From Candidatus Onthenecus intestinigallinarum (GTDB lineage: Bacteria; Bacillota; Clostridia; Christensenellales; Aristaeellaceae), in contig DVFJ01000017.1 of the NCBI GenBank assembly GCA_018713325.1, positions 9,355 to 73,354 of the forward strand: a stretch of DNA of 64,000 bases. Reading direction: 5' to 3'. Shown here one piece after another: positions 58,850 to 64,000 of the stretch. The position numbers were made by a program, and so were the translations under genes. Position 1 is the first letter of the stretch. Every line of letters begins with the position of its first letter. The notes under the pieces were generated by a model. It was not told where the DNA came from. It was given only the letters and a program-made list of their open reading frames with translations, and made no database searches.

Positions 58850-61800
58850 TCAGCGGACGAAGTAGCCCACGCCCGCGGCAAAGATCTTGTCGTCGTGGTC
58901 GCCGGGGATGTTCTTGGCCACGCCGTGACCGATGCGCTCGCTGTGGCCCATCTTGCCCAGGACGCGGCCGTCGGGCGAGCAGATGGCCTCAATGGCCCAC
59001 TCGGAGCCGTTGGGGTTGGCGGGCATGTCGAGGCGGATCTCGCCGTCCGGGGTGCAGTACTGGGCGACGATCTGTCCTCTGCCCTGCATCTCCATGATGT
59101 CCAGCCGCTTGGCGATGAATCGTCCCTCGCCGTGGCTGATGGCGACGGGGTGCACCTCGCCGAGGTAGGACAGGTTCATCCACGGAGACATGACGGAAGT
59201 GACCTTGGTATAGGCGTGGGTGGCGACATGGCGTCCAATGGTGTTGAAGGTGAGCGTCGGATCGCCGGGCTGGATGTCGCGGATCTCCCCGTGCGGGAGC
59301 AGGCCGAGCTTGATGAGGGCCTGGAAGCCGTTGCAGATGCCGAGCATCAGGCCGTCATGCTGGGTGAGCAGGGCGTTGATGGCATCGGCGACCATGGGAT
59401 GGCGCAGGGCGGTGGCGATGAACTTGCCGGAGCCATCAGGCTCATCGCCGGCGGAGAATCCGCCAGGGAGCATGACGATCTGTGCTCTGCGGATGCCGGA
59501 GGCGAGGGCGCGGGCGCAGTCCTCGATGTCCTGGGGGCAGAGGTTGCGCATGACGAAGACCTCGGTGCGGGCGCCTGCGCGCAGGAAGGCGCGTTCGCTG
59601 TCCGCCTCGCAGTTGGTGCCGGGGAAGCAGGGGATGAAGACGAGGGGCTTGGCGACGCGGAACTCGGGCTTGGCGTAGGGCCTGCGCTTGGTGGACGGGC
59701 TGACGAACTCGCGCGGCCCGCGGAAGCGGTAGGTGAGGTCCACGAGCGGGACGGAGGGCAGCATGGCGCTGCGGGTCGGGAACACGCTTTCGAGGGTGGA
59801 CGTCCAGGCGTTGCGCGCGTTTTTGAGCGACACGTCAAACTCGGGGAAGACGATCTGCGCGGTGTCGCGGGTGGTGCCAATGAACTGGCTCCAGCCGGGC
59901 GCGGCGACGCCGGGGGCGCATTCGAAGACGATGTTGCCGTAGCAGGAGCAGAAGAGGTTGTTGAGCGTAAGGTTCGCGTCGGCGGAGATCTGCACGCCGA
60001 TCATGTTGCCCAGGCCCATGAGGGTGAGCGCGGAGGCGAGGCCGCCAAAGCCCACGGCGCGCGCGGAGAGGACGAGGCCCTTGCGGATGCCGTCGCGCAA
60101 GCGGCCGGCGTATTCGATGAACGCCTCCGGCACCGGGAGCATGGTTTCAGGGTCGAGGGGCGCGCGCAGCACGCATACGGCGTGGCCGGCGCCCTGGAAC
60201 TCCTGGGAGACGATGTGGTCGACGTCGTCGGTGGTCACGGCAAATGCGACGAGCGTGGGCGGCACGTCGATGTCCTCAAAGGAGCCGGACATGGAGTCCT
60301 TGCCGCCGATGGCGGGCACGCCGAAGGCCATCTGCGCCCAGAAGGCGCCCAGCAGGGCGGCGGCGGGCTTGCCCCAGCGGGTGGGGTCGTCGCCGAGGCG
60401 CTCGAAGTATTCCTGGAGCGTCAGCCTGCACGTGCGCACGTCGCCGCCCACGGCCGCCACCTTGGCCAGGGCATGCAGCACGGCATAGACGGCGCCCATA
60501 AACGGGGACCACTCGGACAGGTAGGGATCAAATCCGTGGGCCATGATGGAGACGGTCCGGGTCTCGCCCTTGACGGGCAGCAGGGAGACCATGGCGTCGC
60601 AGGGCGAGAGGCGCTCTTTGCCGCCGAAGGGCGCCAGGACGTTGGATGCGCCGATGGTGGCGTCAAAGCGTTCGGCGAGCCCCTTTTGCGAGCAGACGTT
60701 GAGGTCGCGGAGCATGTCCATCCAGATTTCGGGGATGGGCCTGCGCCGGTCGACGAATGCAGGCAGGTCGACCAGACGGTGCCGGTGCAGGTCTGGGGGC
60801 GTGATGAGCGCGTCGGCGTACTGCACCGCGCCGTTGGTGTCCAGGAAGGCGCGCGTGATGTCGACGATGGTCTGTCCATCCCAGCGCATGACGAGCCGGG
60901 GTTCAGGGGTGACGCGCGCAATGGGCGTGGCTTCGAGGTTTTCCTCGGCGGCCATGCGGATGAAGTCCTGCACGTCTTCGGGATCGATCACGCAGGCCAT
61001 GCGCTCCTGGCTCTCGCTGATGGCCAGCTCGATGCCGTCCAGGCCGTCGTACTTCTTGGGCACGGCGTTCAGGTCGATGTCCAGGCCGTCGGCCAGCTCG
61101 CCCACGGCGACGCTCACGCCGCCCGCGCCAAAGTCGTTGCAGCGCTTGATCAGCCGCGCGAAGGAGGGCTTGCGGAAGAGGCGCTGCATGCTGCGCTCGG
61201 TGGGGGGATTGCCCTTTTGCACCTCCGCGCCGCAGGTGGTCAGGGAGGAGGCGTCGTGCGCCTTGCTGGAGCCGGTGGCGCCGCCGCAGCCGTCGCGGCC
61301 GGTGCGCCCGCCCAGCAGCATGACGACGTCGCCGGGCGCGGGCGTCTCGCGGCGGACGTGGCTGCGCGGGGTCGCGCCCAGCACCGCGCCCAGCTCCAGG
61401 CGCTTGGCGACATAGCCGGGGTGGTAGACCTCCTGCACCTTGCCGGTGGCCAGGCCGATCTGGTTGCCGTAGCTGGAGAAGCCCGCGGCCGCGGTGGTCG
61501 TGATTCGCCGCTGGGGCAGCTTGCCGGGCAACGTCTCCTCCAGCGGGGTGCGGGGATCGCCGCTGCCGGAGATGCGCATGGCCTGGTAGACGTAGCTGCG
61601 TCCGGAGAGGGGATCGCGGATGGCGCCGCCCAGGCAGGTGGCCGCGCCGCCGAATCCCTCGATTTCGGTGGGATGGTTGTGGGTTTCGTTTTTGAACATG
61701 AGCAGCCAGGGCTCTTCCCGTCCGTCCACGTCGACGGTGACGCGGATGGAGCAGGCGTTGATCTCGTCGGACTCGTCCAGGTCGTCCAGCTTGCCCTGGC

Positions 61801-62671
61801 GGCGCAGTTCGCGCATGCCCATGAGGGCCATATCCATCAGGCAGAAGGGCTTGTCGGCAGCCTCAGGGCCGTCGTTGTCCAGGCGGGCCTGGCGGAACAT
61901 CTCCAGCGCGCGGCGCATGGCCTCTCCGACGACGCCGGCGCCCTCGCCGATCCTGAGGCTGCGCAGGCGGGTGCGGAAGGTGGTGTGGCGGCAGTGGTCG
62001 GACCAATAGGTGTCGATGACGCGCAGTTCCGCCAGGGTGGGGTCGCGGTGCTCCACATCGCGGAAGTAGTCGCGGCAGCAGATGAGGTCGGCGGCGCTCA
62101 TGGCCATGCCCAGTTCGCGGACCGTGGCGGCCAGGCGCTCGTCGCTCCAGCAGGTGAAGCCGAGCACGACGGGCACGCGTTCGGGCTTGGGGGCGTGCAT
62201 GCGCAGGGAGTCGGGCTTGTCCGGGGCGGCCTCGCGGGCCTCGACGGGGTTGACCAGCTGGGCTGCGACGCGGCTGCGCAGATCGCCGTCCACCTCGCCA
62301 AAGAGCGCGTAGACCACGGCGCAGGCCACGCGCGGGCGGCCCTCGCCGGTGAGCAGCTGCAGGCACTGCGCGGCGGAATCGGCGCGCTGGTCGAACTGTC
62401 CGGGCAGGTATTCCACGGCGATGACGCACGCGCCGGGCATGTCGGGCAGTTGCTCGTCGTAGATGAGGTCCTGGTTGGGCTCAGAGAAGATGACGTCTCT
62501 TGCGCGCCGCATCGCCTCGTCGGGGCAGTCCTCGACGTCGTAGCGCTGGAAAATGCGCAGCTTGCGGATGCGGTCGGTGCGCAGCAGCTCGCGCAGCTCC
62601 TGCAGTTTGCGCTGTGCGGCCACGTCAAAGCCCTCGCGCTTTTCGACGTAGATGCGTCTTACACCGTTCAT
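58850..62671 (-). CDS. purL: Phosphoribosylformylglycinamidine synthase (large, fused type)
   Basis: DTYWSDHCRH, KNETHNHPTEIE, GGKDSMSG, FPGTNCE, LGICNGFQAL, MGHSER. Confidence 0.97.
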   Translation of the reverse strand: MNGVRRIYVEKREGFDVAAQRKLQELRELLRTDRIRKLRIFQRYDVEDCPDEAMRRARDVIFSEPNQDLIYDEQLPDMPGACVIAVEYLPGQFDQRADSAAQCLQLLTGEGRPRVACAVVYALFGEVDGDLRSRVAAQLVNPVEAREAAPDKPDSLRMHAPKPERVPVVLGFTCWSDERLAATVRELGMAMSAADLICCRDYFRDVEHRDPTLAELRVIDTYWSDHCRHTTFRTRLRSLRIGEGAGVVGEAMRRALEMFRQARLDNDGPEAADKPFCLMDMALMGMRELRRQGKLDDLDESDEINACSIRVTVDVDGREEPWLLMFKNETHNHPTEIEGFGGAATCLGGAIRDPLSGRSYVYQAMRISGSGDPRTPLEETLPGKLPQRRITTTAAAGFSSYGNQIGLATGKVQEVYHPGYVAKRLELGAVLGATPRSHVRRETPAPGDVVMLLGGRTGRDGCGGATGSSKAHDASSLTTCGAEVQKGNPPTERSMQRLFRKPSFARLIKRCNDFGAGGVSVAVGELADGLDIDLNAVPKKYDGLDGIELAISESQERMACVIDPEDVQDFIRMAAEENLEATPIARVTPEPRLVMRWDGQTIVDITRAFLDTNGAVQYADALITPPDLHRHRLVDLPAFVDRRRPIPEIWMDMLRDLNVCSQKGLAERFDATIGASNVLAPFGGKERLSPCDAMVSLLPVKGETRTVSIMAHGFDPYLSEWSPFMGAVYAVLHALAKVAAVGGDVRTCRLTLQEYFERLGDDPTRWGKPAAALLGAFWAQMAFGVPAIGGKDSMSGSFEDIDVPPTLVAFAVTTDDVDHIVSQEFQGAGHAVCVLRAPLDPETMLPVPEAFIEYAGRLRDGIRKGLVLSARAVGFGGLASALTLMGLGNMIGVQISADANLTLNNLFCSCYGNIVFECAPGVAAPGWSQFIGTTRDTAQIVFPEFDVSLKNARNAWTSTLESVFPTRSAMLPSVPLVDLTYRFRGPREFVSPSTKRRPYAKPEFRVAKPLVFIPCFPGTNCEADSERAFLRAGARTEVFVMRNLCPQDIEDCARALASGIRRAQIVMLPGGFSAGDEPDGSGKFIATALRHPMVADAINALLTQHDGLMLGICNGFQALIKLGLLPHGEIRDIQPGDPTLTFNTIGRHVATHAYTKVTSVMSPWMNLSYLGEVHPVAISHGEGRFIAKRLDIMEMQGRGQIVAQYCTPDGEIRLDMPANPNGSEWAIEAICSPDGRVLGKMGHSERIGHGVAKNIPGDHDDKIFAAGVGYFVR

Positions 62672-62768
62672 GCAAAGTCCTCCTTGGCAGGTGCTCCTGT
62701 AGCGTCGGCGCGGCCGCGCCATGGCAGCCGCCCGCGGGTTCCGGACAGAAAAGGCAAACATCTTGGAC

Positions 62769-62840
62769 ATTATACCATCAAAAGTTCGACTTTTCAACCT
62801 AGAATCTGCGGGCGGCTGATGAAGAAGAATGTTCGGTTTT
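62769..62840 (-). promoter_or_regulatory. purL sigmaA promoter with two PurBox-like sites
   Basis: TTGAAA-17-TATAAT (62797-62769); AAAACCGAACATT (62840-62828) and AAAGTCGAACTTT (62793-62781) versus the AWWWCCGAACWWT consensus. Confidence 0.7.
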
Positions 62841-64000
62841 TAGGGCTGAGTCGCGGTCGTCTCGCCGTCAGGGGCGGGCGTGCCGTTCAGGCTGTGGATC
62901 TCTGCCCTGTACACGCGGCGCAGGAAGCAGGCACACAGCACGACGGAAGCGATCTCCGCAATGGGGAATGCCCACCACACGGCGTTCAGGCCGCCAATGC
63001 GCGCAAGGACGAACGCAATGGGCAGCAGCACGACGAGCTGCCGGGCGACAGAGACGATAAGACTGAGCACGCCGTGGCCCAGCGCCTGAAAGACGGCGGA
63101 GGCGACGACGGAAAATCCGGCGAACACAAAGTGAATGCAGATGATGCGCAGTGCAAATACGCCAATGCCGTACATGTTTTCAGAGGCGTTGAACAGCGCC
63201 AGCAGGCGATCCGGCCAGATTTCAAACATGGCCAGGCCCACGCACATGATGATCACAGCATAGCGAATGCTCAAACGGATGGCCTGGTCGATGCGGTCCG
63301 GATTCCTGGCCCCAAAATTGAAGGCGACAATGGGTACCATGCCGTTGGTGAGGCCGAACACGGGCATAAACACGAAACTCTGCAGCTTGAAGTAGACGCC
63401 GAATACGGCGGCCGCGGTGGAAGAGAAGGCGATGAGGATGCGGTTCATGCCAAAGGTCATCACCGAGCCGATGGAGCTCATGATGATGGAGGGCACGCCC
63501 ACGGCGTAGATGCGCCCGATGAGAAAAGGATCCGGCCGGAAATCACGCCAGTGCATCTTGAGCTCAACGTTTTTCCGTTCATTGAAGATCACGCCCAGCA
63601 GCGCCGCGAGGCACTGACCGGCAACAGTGGCAACCGCGGCGCCGGTAACGCCCATGGCGGGCGCGCCGCACAGGCCGAAGATGAGAATGGGGTCAAGCAC
63701 AATGTTGGTCAACGCGCCAATGGCCTGAATGAGCATGCCGTAAAACGTGCGCCCGGTGGACTGAAACAGTTTTTCGTAGGTCATCTGCCCAAATAGGCCA
63801 AAGGACCCGATCATGCACACGCGCAGGTAGTCCTCGCCCATGTCGACGATCTCCACGATGTCGGTCTGGGTCTGAAAGAACGCACGGGAAAAGAGCGCAC
63901 CCAACAGCGCGAAGACGGCGTAGCTGCACGCGGCGAGAAACACGGCGTTCATCGCGGTGCCCGTGGCGCGCTTGTGGTTGCCCTCACCCAGGCTCTTGGA
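62840..64000 (-). CDS. MATE family efflux transporter (3' part; start lies beyond the window)
   Basis: NIVLDPILIFG...MGVTGAAVATV, PIVAFNFGARN, RQLVVLLP, VWWAFPIAE. Confidence 0.93.
   Translation of the reverse strand, partial: SKSLGEGNHKRATGTAMNAVFLAACSYAVFALLGALFSRAFFQTQTDIVEIVDMGEDYLRVCMIGSFGLFGQMTYEKLFQSTGRTFYGMLIQAIGALTNIVLDPILIFGLCGAPAMGVTGAAVATVAGQCLAALLGVIFNERKNVELKMHWRDFRPDPFLIGRIYAVGVPSIIMSSIGSVMTFGMNRILIAFSSTAAAVFGVYFKLQSFVFMPVFGLTNGMVPIVAFNFGARNPDRIDQAIRLSIRYAVIIMCVGLAMFEIWPDRLLALFNASENMYGIGVFALRIICIHFVFAGFSVVASAVFQALGHGVLSLIVSVARQLVVLLPIAFVLARIGGLNAVWWAFPIAEIASVVLCACFLRRVYRAEIHSLNGTPAPDGETTATQP

Overview
High-GC chromosomal DNA from a spore-forming Firmicute. spmA/spmB, abrB, a SASP gene, yetF-like DUF421 and radA-yacL point to Clostridia; the finer taxonomy is inference. 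Positions 1-40.6 kb and 58.8-64 kb hold housekeeping and metabolic genes: typA, prfC, a VanW-family gene, spmAB, abrB, two LacI regulators, a heterodimeric ABC exporter with an in-frame TAG in its signature motif, proA, a polyol catabolic trio, hslO, asd, radA, purL and a MATE transporter. The main accessory feature is a compact ~18 kb phage-derived element (40635-58662) between yacL and purL. It encodes a CI/LexA-like repressor, a sigma factor, terminase, portal, an N4-gp56-type capsid, a podovirus-style adaptor and nozzle, two duplicated tail-fibre cassettes, an endolysin and a holin. I see no integrase, att repeats, replication genes, tape measure, tube or sheath. Its structural operon has a sigmaA-type promoter followed by a Firmicute SOS (LexA/Cheo) box. 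The best interpretation (inference) is a domesticated, DNA-damage-inducible short-tailed particle system, either GTA-like or PBSX-like. A deletion-reduced cryptic prophage cannot be excluded from sequence alone.
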